DNA from: Pseudogymnoascus verrucosus
Lineage: Eukaryota
Assembly (NCBI GenBank): GCA_001662655.1
Contig: KV460223.1
Reading direction: 5' to 3' (one strand)
Length of the DNA stretch: 64,000 bases
Shown: piece by piece, positions 23,568 through 37,537 of the stretch
How the letters are laid out: each line of letters begins with the position of its first letter
Numbering within the stretch: the first letter of the stretch is position 1
Program-made: the position numbers and the translations under genes
Notes under the pieces: model-generated
What the model saw: the letters and a program-made list of their open reading frames with translations, nothing else
Told to the model about the DNA's origin: nothing
The model's database searches: none

Positions 23568-26163
23568 CAGTGTTCCCCAAAATAGTAAGAGTATTTGTGG
23601 TTTTCGAATAGTATTCGGCGATGAGCAGTATTCAGGCCATATTTAGAGTATTCGGCGAGTATTTGCCTAGATCTCGAATAGTATTTGGGCCCTCGAGTCC
23701 TTAGCGCTAAGATGCCAAGCTACGAAGATTTTACCCCGCCCTTATAGATAGATCCGTAGAAATAGATCTGTAGATACTATATTACTTGATATTTCCACTA
23801 GAATGAGCGACTCTAAGTTATTAGCGATTCTAAGTGACGAAGATGAGGATATATAGCGCCTACTACCCCTTTTTCTAGAGTCTTCACCGTTAATAGCTCT
23901 ACCATTACTACAAATACAACTATAACTCCTAAATACTTAGTTACCGTTGTTCTTAAAGAATGTATTTAGTAGAACATTGTTAAGCACTAGCCCTATAACA
24001 ATAAAGATTGTCTGTATGTAAGATGGCTGTAATTATAGGCTAAAGCTAAAGCTTTTAACATAGAATATTACAAGTAATTTATAGAGGTATGTTGAGAGCA
24101 TGCATCCTTTATTATACGAAGCTATAAAACTAGGATCTTCATTGCTATAGCGTGCTTAGAGTTCATAGAGTTAGAGTTCACAGGATTCGTAGGGCGCTCT
24201 AAATATAAGAACTGCCTAAAACACCTAAGCATTCTTTACTCCTTAAGTAGGAGGATCTAGCTTAGTTCCTATCTCTCGATATAGAGAGTTATTACTTACA
24301 TTTATTGTATCTAATAACTTACTAGTAAGTCTAGTTAATCGGCCTTCGTTTCGTTAGCTTATTTACTAGCTTAGTCTATTAACGTTAGCTATATTAACAA
24401 GCTCCTTAATGCGCAATTTATATAAGACATTCTATAATTACTATATAAAGCTATAAATTGAACTCTAGGCTTATATAGCAAAGGGTAGATAGTTATTACT
24501 TACAACTAATACATAGTCTGTAATGAATGGCGTAGAGCACGCTATAATAACTATCTATTAGATAAATAACGAATAGGTTTACTAGCACTATGTTCTTAAT
24601 ATCGTACATCTAAAGGAGCCTATTCATTCTAGTAAATATCTTATAGAGCAGCTTTAAGCTGTTACTAATGACTTTAGTATTATACATAGAGTCTTTACTA
24701 TTACTAGAGATAACGCATTAAACAATACAGTAATGCTTATAGAGTTTAAAATAGGGGCATGCATAAGTGTTGTTTCTATGTAGCAACTATAGAGCTTTAT
24801 AGTAAAGAAAGGCAACGTCTAATGTATAGCACATATTATAAACCTTATAGTTTAAGTAGCTTTAACTATGTTAAAAGCTATACTATTAGAACAAACAGAA
24901 TTATATAGGCTTAAGTAAGGCTTAGCTTATACTTAAGGCTTTATTTCTAATTAAGAAGAAGTAGTAACAGTTCTTATAAAACTACGCTAGCATATCTATG
25001 TCTTTTAGAACTGTTAAGCGTAGAAAGATGTATTAAAAGTACAAGTATCTTCTATAGGTATTTAGGTAGTTTTAATGTCCCTTAACATGCCTATATAATA
25101 GAACTTAACATATTATATGCTTAAGAACGCTTTAAAGCTTAAGTAGCTAATTAATGCTTTATGTACTTTATAAACGATAGATTTAAGTATACGTAATATT
25201 ATTATTACGTTAATAGAATAGTAAGTGTTATATAGACTAAGGGCGTTCTTTAAGATATTTGTTAAACTAGTAGAGTAAGTTTAAGCTAATAGTTATCTAA
25301 CGTTAAACGTCTATATTATATACTATCTATAGCTTTTAAATAAGCTTAAGGTAATGTAAAAAGCTCTATTAACAATAGCTATAATTAGTGTAGCTTATAA
25401 AGTAGCATATAATAAGCTTAATACTTATTATAACCTTATAACAAATTAAGGCTTAAGCTACTTGTTAATTGCTACTATCTACAACCTAAGATTCAACCTA
25501 AGTATATATGAATTTTATATACTAGATAGTATAAACGCTATAAAACGAGATAGAGCAAGAGCATAGTTTACAGCTTGCTATAACTAGTATAAAGACTGTA
25601 AGAACGATATATAGGTTACTGCTATTAAAGCTACTATTACTACTAAAATAGAGCAGCTAGCGATCCTAAGAGAACTTGATTCTAACGACGAGATGTATTA
25701 GCATTGTAGGCCTTCTATTAAGGAAGTTAAGTGGCGACGATGGTTTAAAGAGAATAGGGTCAACTATAATACTAATATCCTTAAGTATTAGTAGGCAAAG
25801 TAGTATTAGTATCTAGTTATATCACGGATTACACGGGACTATTTAGCAATTCTAGCCTCATTGGTAGCGTTAGAGCGTATATTTAGTATTAGCAGTGATA
25901 TAGTTACAAAGAAAAGAAACAGGTTATTACCTTTAACTCTTCGATATCTACTCTGCCTACGGGATTGGGGGGTTATGGGCGACGAGGATAAGGAGTAAAG
26001 TAGAGTAGACAATTATCATATTTCATTACTATATACTATAGTATTCGGCGAATACTCAAATACTATTCGGCGAGTATTCGTACGAGTATTCGCCGAATAC
26101 TCTCAGATTACGAGTATTCGGGCAAACCCCGAATACTATTCGAATACTATTTGGGGAACACTG
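23568..26163 (+). mobile_element. Complete RIP-inactivated hAT DNA transposon (2596 bp)
   Basis: TIRs CAGTGTTCCCCAAA(A)TAGTA at both ends; 8-bp TSD ACTCAAAC at 23560-23567 and 26164-26171; subterminal GAGTATTCG/CGAATACTC repeats. Stop-riddled transposase with the hAT dimerisation motif (RDYLAI..ERIFS..KKRNRL..CLRDW) near 25830-25970. Confidence 0.95.
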
Positions 26164-26580
26164 ACTCAAACAAATATATTCTTAAGAAGTACATAGTTTA
26201 AATGTTTATTTTCAATTGCATTCGCCTTGAAAGCTTTTTCTTGCGAAGTTTTAGTAAATAGGGGCTACATATCTAAATATGGGCATTCGCCCAACCTCTC
26301 TTCTGTGCCGTTTTAAATGTATATGGAGAGTTTAAAGAAAATTTCATAAGCCTCTACCCTGGTTTGCCAAATTCGTCTCTATGTAATGAAAAGATAGTAC
26401 GTGGAGTCAATGCAGCATGTATTCAAAGCATGTAGAGAATAGAAAAGATGGCACAATAAAGGATAAATGTTTATTTGTCATCTAGAGGCACTTGTTCGTG
26501 TAAAACAGTTGAACATTGAAGATATTCAGATCTGCTACCCAAATATGTCTCTGTACTATAAAAAGAAGCTGGAATCTCTC

Positions 26581-28025
26581 TCACTCCTCGAAGTCATCAT
26601 CCATCACCTCGTTCATAGCTTTGGCCATATTTATGGTTGCCTCTGGATCATCAGTTATATTCTTAATAAAAGCCGCCCGCTTGGTCTTGAACTCATCGTC
26701 CTGACAGTGCAACCGGAGCTTATTCTCGATTGAGGCAGTATTCGTGTACTCAACAAAGGCCTTCTTTCTCACTGTAGAGTATCTCTCTAAGAGAGCTGCT
26801 GGATCGGGCTCATTCTTTGTCAATATTCGAATCATGCAGTTGCCGAGAGCAGTTGCATCAAGGAGGCCAGTTGTGAGTCCTAGGCCACCGATGGGATTGT
26901 TTGACTGCAAGCATCCATTTAGTATCAATACAACAAATCTGCAGTCTGTGCTTGGGTAACTTACGTGTGCTGCATCTCCTGTTAATACTACTCTACCGGA
27001 CGTCAACTTCTCTGCGACCCTTTGATGAGCCCAGTATGGATTTGCTGCAACGATCTTGTAGTTCAAAGGTCTTGGGCCAGGCATGAGTCGCTCCAGCTTT
27101 TCTGGTAGCTGAGCCAAGAGTTCTTTCTCGGGGATGCTGCAGCGGACACCAAATGCCACACGCCATAGGCCCTCCTTATCGATACGTGCAATCACGGCCC
27201 AATCTTCTTCATCGACCACCATGACGCCAGTAGAGTAGCCATGGCTCGCAAAATCGTACTCGATGTTGACTGCCATAAACCGGAAATCGTTCCACGTGAA
27301 GCCGCGGAAAGGAATACACTGGGAGCGGCGGACCGATGAACCAGCGCCATCTGCACCAATCAGATATTTGGCCGCAAAGTACTTCTCACCACGCGATGTA
27401 ACTGCTGTGATACGCACGCCGTTGTCATCCTGCTGAACGCCAGCAAAAGTATGGCTGAATTTGACATGGAAATTAGGAAGGCGTTGCGCGTGCTTCAGAA
27501 TCAAATGTGCGAGACGATCTTGGCCCGTGTTAATGCCTATGAATGGATATCGCTTGAAACTTTTTGGAACAAGGTTGAGTTTGACGGTTGTGAGAAGTTC
27601 GTCACCCTTGTTGTGGGGTGTGCGAAACTGAATGCCGTCGTTGTTCTGATGGCCGAGCTCGACCAGATCATCGAAGATGCCCACTTTTTCAAACTCATTG
27701 AGGACGATAGGCATGTACCTGAAGGGAGTATTAGTATAGGAAGCACCATCTCGAATATTTTCTACGAGGGGTTTATGACTCACGCAATAGCTCGTGGAGA
27801 CTCCGAGATTGCAGAACCACTCTCAATGACCAGTACATCGATGCCCTTCTGGGCCATTTTCAAGGCACAGAACAAGCCACTCGGTCCCGCGCCGACAACA
27901 ACGACATCGTGTTGCTCAAATGGATCGTCGGCAATTGGGTGCAGGTCCTGGCGGTATGTGGTTGAGTCTGGATCATCATTCTGCGGCTCGTGTGTTGAAC
28001 TACTGTTGTTGATTGCTGACGGCAT
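26581..28025 (-). CDS. FAD-dependent aromatic monooxygenase (FAD_binding_3, PheA/MhpA-like), 3 exons
   Basis: GAGPSG, GADGAGS.VR and GDAAH/..PIGGLGL..GLLDA fingerprints; intron 27783-27719 and a second intron near 26964-26905. Confidence 0.9.
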
Positions 28026-28570
28026 TGTGTGTGCTTAAGGAGACGGACGAGAATAGATGCAGAGGATTATGTCGAGGGGGGCGGTGAGGAGGACGACGAC
28101 ATATAAGGTTATGAGGGGAACCAGGCATGATCTGGCATGGATTGTGTATATATATTTCCTGAATAGGGGTCACCGTATGTGCACCATCCATTTTGAATGA
28201 CCAGTGTGAAGCAGCCGCACGACTACTACCGATTCGTATCACTGGATGTGAGGAGGGGTTGAATGGTGGCCCATCATCAGCTGGACCCGTGGGGGAGGCG
28301 GTCGGGGTGGGGTTCGAATGATGCGGGGGATGCGGGGCAGGAGAGGCTTACCACATCTGGGCACGGCAGGCTAGGGGCACACCCGCCCGAGTAAACCGAA
28401 AATCCCAACAAGGGAATGGCTGTGTGCATGGCTGCATCTGATACGCATAAAGTGCAATGCGAATGTTTTATTTATGCTCATGTTCTATTGTTTATCAGCA
28501 ATCTCTACACTGCGGAATTCGAGCCTCAACACCACAGCAACACAACACCACAACACCACAACACCACAAA

Positions 28571-29599
28571 ATGTCTAACGAAATCATCCTCGACACATCT
28601 ATCTTCGCTGACCTGCGGGGAAAGAACGTTATCTTCACTGGCGGTGCAAGCGGCATTGGGCGGGAAGCCGTCATTATCTTCGCCAAAGCTGGGGCGAATG
28701 TGACCTTTGGCGATGTTAATAAAGTCGAGGGCGATAAGCTTGCTGCTGAGCTGGGAAGGTAGGACTTGGTTTGATTTTGATTTTGATCTTGAGTCTAGTT
28801 CACACAACCTGATTTTAACACTGACTTTCCTGTAGCCACGTGCAATGTAAACAAACAGACGTTACCAGCTTCCAAGCACTGAAGGACTTGTTTGCAGCGG
28901 GTGCTGAGGCACACGGCCCAGCAGACATTGTATGTGCTAATGCAGGTATTCACGAGAAGGAAGACTGGCTGTCGGAAGAATATCTCGAGAAGGATTGCGC
29001 ATGGCCTTCCATGCAGGTAAACTACGTTGGCGTTCTCAACAGTGAGTCACCCGTTGGCCTTGTGTCAGCAATCATGATAGCCTCTTGGGGATATAGCTAA
29101 CGAATAAATAGCCATTAAGCTCGCTCTTCTCTCCTTTAAGCGCTCTGGGAAAGCAGGTTCCATCGTGCTTACCGCATCAGTGTCCGGATACATGGACTCG
29201 ACACCAGTATGCGCATACACTGGAACAAAGCACGCCGTGGTAGGGCTTCTCCGTAGCTTCAAAACAGTGGCTCCTGTCTACAACACTCGCATCAATCTGA
29301 TTGCGCCATGGATGACCAACACGCCTTTTGCTGGTGATACGGCGATGAAGATGTGGGGAGAACTGCCCATGAACTCTCCGGAGGGATGCGCCAAAGCGAT
29401 TGTTTTTGCAGCCATCAACCCTAAATTACACGGCTGTGGTATCTGGGTTGGCGGGAATCGCTTGTATGAAGTGGAAGAAGGTTATATCCGCACTAGACCG
29501 GACTGGCTTGGGCAAGAGATGTCAGATAATTTCCAGAAGGGTTGGGATCGTCTCTCAGCCCCTTATGGCAAAAATGGCGCCTTGAGCACTCTTCACTAG
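28571..29599 (+). CDS. Short-chain dehydrogenase/reductase, 3 exons; same subfamily as the SDR at 18079-19331
   Basis: TGGASGIG, CANAG, TAS and YTGTK motifs, plus IAPWMT shared with the broken paralog. Confidence 0.88.
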
Positions 29600-30274
29600 T
29601 ATGTAGATTTTACAAATGAGCTTGAAACTATAACATGACGCATATCTCTAAAAACATTGCTATGATTGTGATGTTCCAGACTGTCTATTTATTAAGCCTG
29701 TTAGTTTGATTCTGGCTGAAGATTTTATGGATTTTCTACATGATCCAGTGCATGATATAGTTACTTGGTCTCGTCGGACGGCTTCTGGGGAAGGAGAGCT
29801 CAGGGTAACTGATTTTCGAATTCAAAATGGATGGGTCCTGAGCTATGTGTTGGTATTGCCGCCTGAATGGTCGCTGTGGGGATGGCACGCACAGCTAATT
29901 CTTACAACTATGTCTGAGTTAGGAGGAGTGTTTTCGTAGGTAAAACAGAAGTAGGAGGGAAAATGCACATGTGGAGCATGTGATTACGTCTTGTACATTT
30001 AGACTGGGTGCTCTCTGCTCTGATCTGCTAGAAGCGTACTAGGAACGTATGCGGGGTAATATTTGCGGCTGGGTGGTAGGTGGTATATGATACAAAAAAG
30101 ACACCCCCATATCCCCTATAGTGGGACGAAAGCGATGGCACATAAATTAGCGTTATTTCTGTCCAGAAATTCAACTATTATACCACCATCGTGGTCCATT
30201 CTGTGGTCCATTCTAATTCTACTCTTTCCCCCCAGAAATACCTAGGATCTGGAAGTCTCCGATACGTGCCCAAC

Positions 30275-32021
30275 ATGCCTTCATTGTTATCAACCAACAT
30301 GGCTTCATTGTTATCAACAGTTATGGAATTCGGCAAAGTTTCTGTGACCACGCATATGCCACAGACAGCTATTGGCATGTTGCTTGTCTTTACGCTGACC
30401 ATTTGGTATTTCACCGATGCAAGGAGGAGGAAGCTTCCACCGGGTCCGCCAGGAATCCCTCTTTTGGGTAACTTTTCGGACATGGCAGATTCAGAGAAAG
30501 TTCGAAGCAAGGTGGTCGAATGGGCTCAAAAGTACGGCGATGTTGTTTACACCAAGATCGCTGAAGTCGACTACATCTGGCTCTCGTCTCCAACCGCGGT
30601 CAAAGATCTCATGGACAAGAAGTCGGCCATTTATTCATCCCGTCCAAAAATGCCTTTTGCCATGGATGTTGCCAGTGGTGGAAAACGTCAGCTTCTTATG
30701 CCATACAATAACGAATGGCGAAATATTCGGAAATACAGCCACCAGCTACTCAACCTGAATGCTTCCAAGGCATACCAACCCATCCAAGACTATGAATCTC
30801 TTCAGATGATGTATGATATGCTGAAGGTTCCGGCTGAGTTCTATAAACACAATCAACGATATTCTGCCAGCGTCATTATGACTGTCGCGTATGGTATCCG
30901 GGTTCCAACATTTGACAGCCCCATCGCGGCCCGCATTTACAAGGTCCTCGATAATTTGACGGAGATGTCAGCACCTGGAGCTCAAGCGGTAGACTCCATG
31001 CCCTCGCTTCGTTATCTCCCCCAGTTTCTCCTTGGAAATTGGCGTGACAAAGGGCGCCGGTATTTTGAGCACGACTCGGACGTCTACTTGACCATGTGGA
31101 ATGATTTGAAGAAAAGGGTGGATGAGGGAACTTCCAAGCCATGTTTTTGTCGTGATTTCTACCTGAGTGATCCTGCCAAGAATGGTATCGACGACCTGGC
31201 TGCGGCATATACCTGTGGTGGTCTTGTATGTCCCCAGAAGTTCTTTTGCGATATCGAATTCAACTAATACATAGTAGGTAGAAGCTGGCTCAGAGACAAC
31301 TGCGTCATCTCTGAACAACTTAATTCTCGCCATGTGCCAAAACCCCGATGTTGTCAAGAAGGCACAAGAGGAGCTAGACCGAGTGGTGGGGAACACCAGA
31401 ATGCCTACCTGGGACGATGAATCGAATCTTCCATACATTCGAGCCATTATCAAGGAACTCCTTAGATGGAGACCCGTGAACAAGTTTGGGATGTTCCATG
31501 CAAACACCGAGGATGACTGGTACAAAGGAAATTTTATTCCCAAAGACAGCGTTGTCATTCTTAGCTGGTGGTAAGTGGTCATCTCATTTTCGTTTTAGTC
31601 AGACGGCGGACTGATAATTACCTACAGGGCTATCCATTACGACCCAAAGAGATATCCAGAGCCGGAGAAATTTAAGCCAGAGCGCTACCTGAATTACAAA
31701 CTATCGGCTGCTGATGCTATCAACCTCAAAGACCCACTAGATCGTGATCATTTCTCATATGGCGCGGGACGTCGTGTCTGTCCTGGTGTGCACGTGGCTG
31801 AGCGCTCGCTATACATTAACGTGGCGAGGTTTCTCTGGGGGTTTAATATTTCTAAAAAGCGAGGCACTGATGGCAAATTTATTGAGCCCGATGAAAGGAT
31901 GGTCAGGGGCTTGCTCAGTGTTCCTAATCCCTTCGAGTGCGATATCCAGGTCCGATCAACCAAACACTCGGACTTAATCGTTAACGAGTTCCAAGTAGCA
32001 GAGAGCAATCAACAGGCTTAA
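30275..32021 (+). CDS. Cytochrome P450, 3 exons
   Basis: TM helix plus LPPGPPG, EAGSETT, ELLR, FKPERY and heme motif HFSYGAGRRVCPG. The start could be 30275 or 30299 because of a duplicated ATG segment. Confidence 0.9.
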
Positions 32022-32787
32022 GGAAATTAGATGCTCTTTTCGCACAATACAATTTTATGTTATCATCATTAAGTTTTTCATCCACTGGTTACAATATATT
32101 AGTGACATAGATCCTCCTGAGATCGGTAGACCTAGCATTTCTATGGTGTGAGGATCTTGACATAAATAAATTTAAGCAAGTTGCTCAACTGGTAAAAAGG
32201 CACAATAGCGGGGACCAACGCCGAATTACTCATCTTACAATTAAAAGGAGGCACTCAAGTCATGTGTAACACGTGATCGTGGCATATACAGTGTCTGCAA
32301 ATGGACCATCATGTCACACTCAAAATAAAAAAATTGCCATCGCATGATCTTCAGGCAACAGTTAACCAAACACTATAGCGCAGATCTTGCGACCCTGCAT
32401 GCTTCATTCGCTTTCAGTACCCGTACCTGTCCACAACATTGGGTAAGAGGGGGTAGGCGGTTTGCGGAGGGAGGTTTGCGGGGTAAGAATCGCCCCCGCC
32501 CCCGCATTTGAAGCGTCCGCCAGCATCCACAAGGGATGGATTCTCCGCAAAATCAAGGAGAATTCTATCTACGCCACGTTCTCCATGGGAAATGCCATTA
32601 GTTGGTCAGCATTAATTTCTCGTCGTCAATTCCCGCAATTCATTATAACTTATTCTGCCCCGCACTGTTCACTCCAATCCATTGTCCACTTCAGCACCAT
32701 AACTTGAGTAACACAATACCACAAGCTAGAAACTTTATACACTTTCCCCTTCTTTTTTACTTCAGGTCAATTTCTGCAAATCTCAAA

Positions 32788-34022
32788 ATGTCCGAATCTA
32801 CCGCTCGGTCTGTGATTGCCATTGTTGGTGCCTCTGGTACCTTAGGAGCGTATATTTTCTATCAGCTCAAGCATTCACCATATGACTTTGAAATCCGTAC
32901 CTTGTCGCGGAAACTCACGCCGCCAAAGGGTGGTGACAAGCAGAATCACTGTCAAGTTGATTTTAACAATGTCAAGCAGCTCGAAGAGGCTCTGAAGGGA
33001 TGTAATTTCCTGGTTAATTGTATGGGTACTGAAGGGGCCTATCACGCAGCGAAGGTCAACCTCGTCCATGCTGCTGCGGCGGTTGGTGTCTTTGGATATA
33101 TTACCAGGCAAGCTAGTCCTGTTAGAAAACAAATCCAGTATGGCTGCTAAGACAATTTCACAGCGACTTTGGGGTTGACTATAATTTTCCCGGCAAGCAC
33201 TTTGACCATCCTTGTTGGCATGAGAAGAGGGATCATATTGAGTATTCTAAAAAGCAGGGGTTGCGCACCATTGCCATTTTGTAAGTGGTGATATTTTTAT
33301 ACTCTTAATTATTATCATTGAAAGACTGAGTCTTTAATGGCAATACTGGACTCGGAGTGAGAGGCGCCAAAAACTTGCAAAGTATACAGGCCAAGACTGA
33401 CTGATCAATGTGCAGCCCAGGATTATTCCAGGAAGCGCCGTTTGGCGCATTTGGTCCATGGCATGGATTCGATCCGGAAACGCGAACATTCGTCGTCGCA
33501 GGAACAGGTCACGAGCCCATCACCACCTCTAGCAAGCTTGACATCGGCTCCGCCGTCGCACGTATATGCCATCTCGTCCTTAGCACGGAAGACACTAAGG
33601 ATAAACCTCCAACTCAACCGTTGGCTGGAAAAGATTACATCAGGATTGCTAGCCATAGCATCACGCCGTACGAGGTCATCAAAGTCATTCACGCCCATGG
33701 CGAGACGGAAAACAAAACAAGCGGCGACGACCGGTCCAAGGACTGGAAGGTAGACGCGCTCACCACCGAAGAAATGCGTGCTAAGTTCCAGTCCACGATG
33801 AAGCTCGTGGTGATGGATGATGTCGCGCGAGCAGCACTTGGTCCCGAATTCGACATAGAGTTTGCAAACGAGATTGCAGGGCGGGTTTTCAGAGCCATGG
33901 GCGACGGAAGCTTGCACTTCAAGACGAATGACAACGAGCTCCTCAACCCAGGCCAAAAATATTGGAAATGGAGGTCGGTGAGCAATTTTGAGCGCGACAC
34001 CATACCAAAGGCTCTGTTTTAA
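32788..34022 (+). CDS. NmrA-like / isoflavone-reductase-family NAD(P)H oxidoreductase, 3 exons
   Basis: IAIVGASGTLG; YITS/DFGVDY (the PSEFG-like motif) across a GC-AG intron at 33108-33163; conserved K (WHEK) and DIG motif. Confidence 0.8.
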
Positions 34023-34288
34023 GAGGACTTGTTGCACGTACATATGGTGCAGAGAGCCAGAGTTGATATAGTTGTTGGTCAATTTCTGGTGGTTGCTTAA
34101 TTGCCTTTCTTGTAGTCCGTTAAGATAGTCTGAATGATAAATTATGTCTACCTCATATCTGAATTATATATCTGGCCCGAATCGATCACAGCCGATGAGT
34201 GAATGCATTCAGACAGTTTATTATATCTGCATTTAGATGCTTCATATGCAAAATATTTCATCATTGCTATCAATAAAGCACGCTGTAA

Positions 34289-35979
34289 CTACTTGAGCTC
34301 CATTTTCCTAGTCTTTGCCATGATCTCTTCAACCTCCTTGGAATGAGTTGAGAAATTGTCAATCAGGTTATCCCACATCTTTGGATCATGTTCATGCTTC
34401 TTGTCGCTGTTCCAGGCCCAGTCCGTAATAGTAAATGGTCGGGAGGACTCGAACATGAATGCAATAGCACCCTTAGATATCTGCATCTCAGGCGGTGTCT
34501 GCTCTGATGCGGCCTTGAATTCCTCGTAGGCCACGCCATGGGGAACTACGCCGCACTCGAAGGATACACCGCCTGGCTGGAACTCGTCAGACCGTCCGCC
34601 GTACTCACCGTATATGAGCCCCATAAGCTCCGAGGCGACGTTTCTGTGGTAGTACGGGGGTCGGTAAGTGTGTGATGCCACATCCCAGCGTGGAGAGAAA
34701 ATCAAAATATCCGCTAATGGCGCTGTAGGATCGCGAGACTTCGCAGTTAAGACGCAGAAGATCGAGGGGTCGATATGATCGACGGATATAGATCCAACAT
34801 TTACGAACTTCGTGAGGTCGTACTTATATGGTACCTATATTAGGTGTTAGTATATTTCTTTCTACATCACAACACACAATGCACTGGTTTTTACTCACAT
34901 AGTTCCCGTGCCATGCAACAACATCAAAGGGCGAGTGCTCTTGTTTACTGCTAAAGAACTTTCCTCCTAACTTGTAGACGATCTCCCACGGCTCTTTCTT
35001 CACTTCATATTGAGCAACTGGGTGAAGGAAGTCCCGGGCATTAGCAAGGCCATTGGCTCCAAGAGGTCCAAGTTCGGGAAGCTCAAAATTAGAACCCCAG
35101 ATCTCGAGAATATATCCTCGAGAAGGTCCATCGGGAAGACTGACTCGAAATCGCAGCCCACGTTGGATGACGCAGATCTCTCCAGGTTGGACATAAAGTG
35201 GCCCGAATTCGGTCTGGATGTCAAGACTGCCTTGTTGTGGAACTATGCAGTAGTCACCGTCGGAGTTGACAAATGCTCGTTGCTCCATGGACTGATCGGC
35301 CATATACATATGAGTGGCAATACCCTCGCGCAGAGTCGGATCGCCGGACCCAGCTACCGTCTTCAAGCCCGAGATGAAGTCCGTCTTTCCACCTGTCGGA
35401 ATTTCGAATGGCAGCCATGCAACTTGTTGGGGCGAAAGGTGGACTCGAGGGTTGATAGGTAGGAAGTTCGCTTCGGTGTCATTGTTGTCCGGCATATCAA
35501 CCTATAAATATTTTGCATGAGTATTTACCTCTGTAATATGTCTGCAATAACCTCAGGTGCAAACTTACAAAGCCCTGGTGTGCAACGGCAGGACGAACTC
35601 TGTAGAGCCAGGCCTTCTTGTTGGTATGGCGCGGGGCAACGAAAGCCGAAGCAGTCACCTGCTCCGCGTAGAGGCCAAAGCGAACACATCTCGGGTTGTT
35701 CTGGCCCTGTGGGATGGTTCCCGGAATAGCCTCAGATTCGAAGCTGATATCAAAAGTAAGTCTTCTTACCGTTTAGTCTCATATAATAATCCTTACCTAT
35801 TGTCGAAACCTGGTTGGTACTAATGAAGGTAATGTCAGCCTCGTATCCCCGGAAAGATTTCTGTTGGATCATACCTTGTAAGGATCATTCTTCCTCACGG
35901 CAAAAGATGGAATGGTGGCATCCTTCTGGGTTTCTGCCCAATGAAAGATGTTTTGATAGTCCTGCGTCGAGCCGCTCAT
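34289..35979 (-). CDS. hmgA: Homogentisate 1,2-dioxygenase-like ring-cleavage dioxygenase, multi-exon
   Basis: ESEAIPG..GQN.P..GLYAEQ..AF.APR..WLYR, NSDGD, FELPELGPLGANGLAN, SPFDVVAWHGNY and DHIDPSIF motifs. Fe ligands lie in YYHRNVASE and PHG. This may be a paralog rather than the Tyr-catabolic copy. Confidence 0.88.
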
Positions 35980-37537
35980 TTTTCTTAGATGTTGCTAGAG
36001 ATGAAGTAATAGAAGTGCATGAAATAATAAGATTGTGAGTGAATAGCCTGTTAGAATGTCGAAGCTTGAGTTCCGGTTTACACCTAATATATAATATCAA
36101 TTCGAAGTCTCCCTCCATCTTAGTAACCCACGTCAAATAACGATGGCCGTCATTGGCAATGCGGGGGGACATTTCCAAACAGGGAGTGCCTCTATTTACG
36201 GTGGTAGGTGGGGTACCAGCCTGAAGCACGGGACGCGCGCATGTGGAATATGTGGAGTGCATGGTCTTGGGCGTCGGGAGGATGGACGATACGATGTGAG
36301 CTCCTGGAAGGGGGGATGTGGGAGATGGGGATCAGACACAGCCATTGGGTACTATCGCATTTAAAGTAACAGCGCCGTTGAAGTAATCAAATAACAGAAA
36401 CTCTCACCCTTTGACGAGCAAGGTATCTGCTGCTGCCTCCGTGGCCTCATTAATATGCCAATCATTCATGGATCTCAATTCCACGCAATTTATAGCTTTT
36501 TCTCAGACTCCTTATCTTTCGCTCGTTTTCTAACTCCTTTCCATGGATCCTCCTCGTCCAAATCAGCCCTTTTGCATTCTGTATTGGTTGGTCAGATACA
36601 GTGCAGTACTTGCATCGTCAAGCCAAGCAGCTCAACTATCTACCCTTCTCGTAAACGGAATTATGAGATGACCTTCAAAACACATGCTAAACGTCGGACG
36701 AGTACTCGTACCATCGCACTTCTGCTTGGAGCAGGTGAGGAATCGAAATATATTGGAATTGATCCTGCATGCCTATATATACCCACCAGGGCTCCCGCTC
36801 CAGTTACTCCAACGACCAAGGTTACATCTCCCAACCTTTCTCTCCTGCCCCCACAACTCTCTCCCACTACTATCAATTGCCGCCTTGCATCAACGTTTTT
36901 GCATGAACGTTTTTGCATGAACGTTTTTTTTTTGTTTTTTTTTATGTTCACATACCAACTCCTCTCCTTCCGACACTTTGACTTGTCCCCGACTACCTCA
37001 AACCGCAACTGTCCGATTTCCAGAATGTAGCTCCGAGAGCTCCGACCCGCAACTGGGATCGGGTCTGGAACGGCACAGGCAGGCTCGTCGACTGGTAAGT
37101 TGACTGTAGCGAGACCCACAGGGCAGATGACCCAATGCTGAGAGATGCTGGGATGGAACTCGTGTGCCACTTGGCTTGTCTAAGGAAATCGCTAGGGTCT
37201 GTCTAGTGGCAATTTAGCCCCTCCATTCCCCAACATCCCCGCTTTCATCCCCATACTCGGCCCCCAGCTCTTCACCTGATCCCCCATTTTCTTTCTATCC
37301 CCATTCATGTCGTCAACTCTCTATCTCTGCTTCTACCGCTTGTCTTAGCTATCTACAACCTGTATGAGAGATAGATTGAGGAATTAAAAAGGAAAGAGAG
37401 AGAGAAAGAGAAACAGAGAAAGGGAGGAAGAGAGAAAGAAAGAAGAGAGGAAAGATCGAGAGACTGCACTCAAACCCCCGCATCAGCTTTCCGTTGGCCA
37501 TCATACCTTGCGTCGGGAAGACGGCCATGACGCGGCG

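Noticed and set aside
36455..37170. Overlapping 191-aa and 169-aa ORFs between hmgA and the TF
   Set aside because: No motifs; they cross a poly-T run and a 14-bp tandem repeat typical of promoter DNA.
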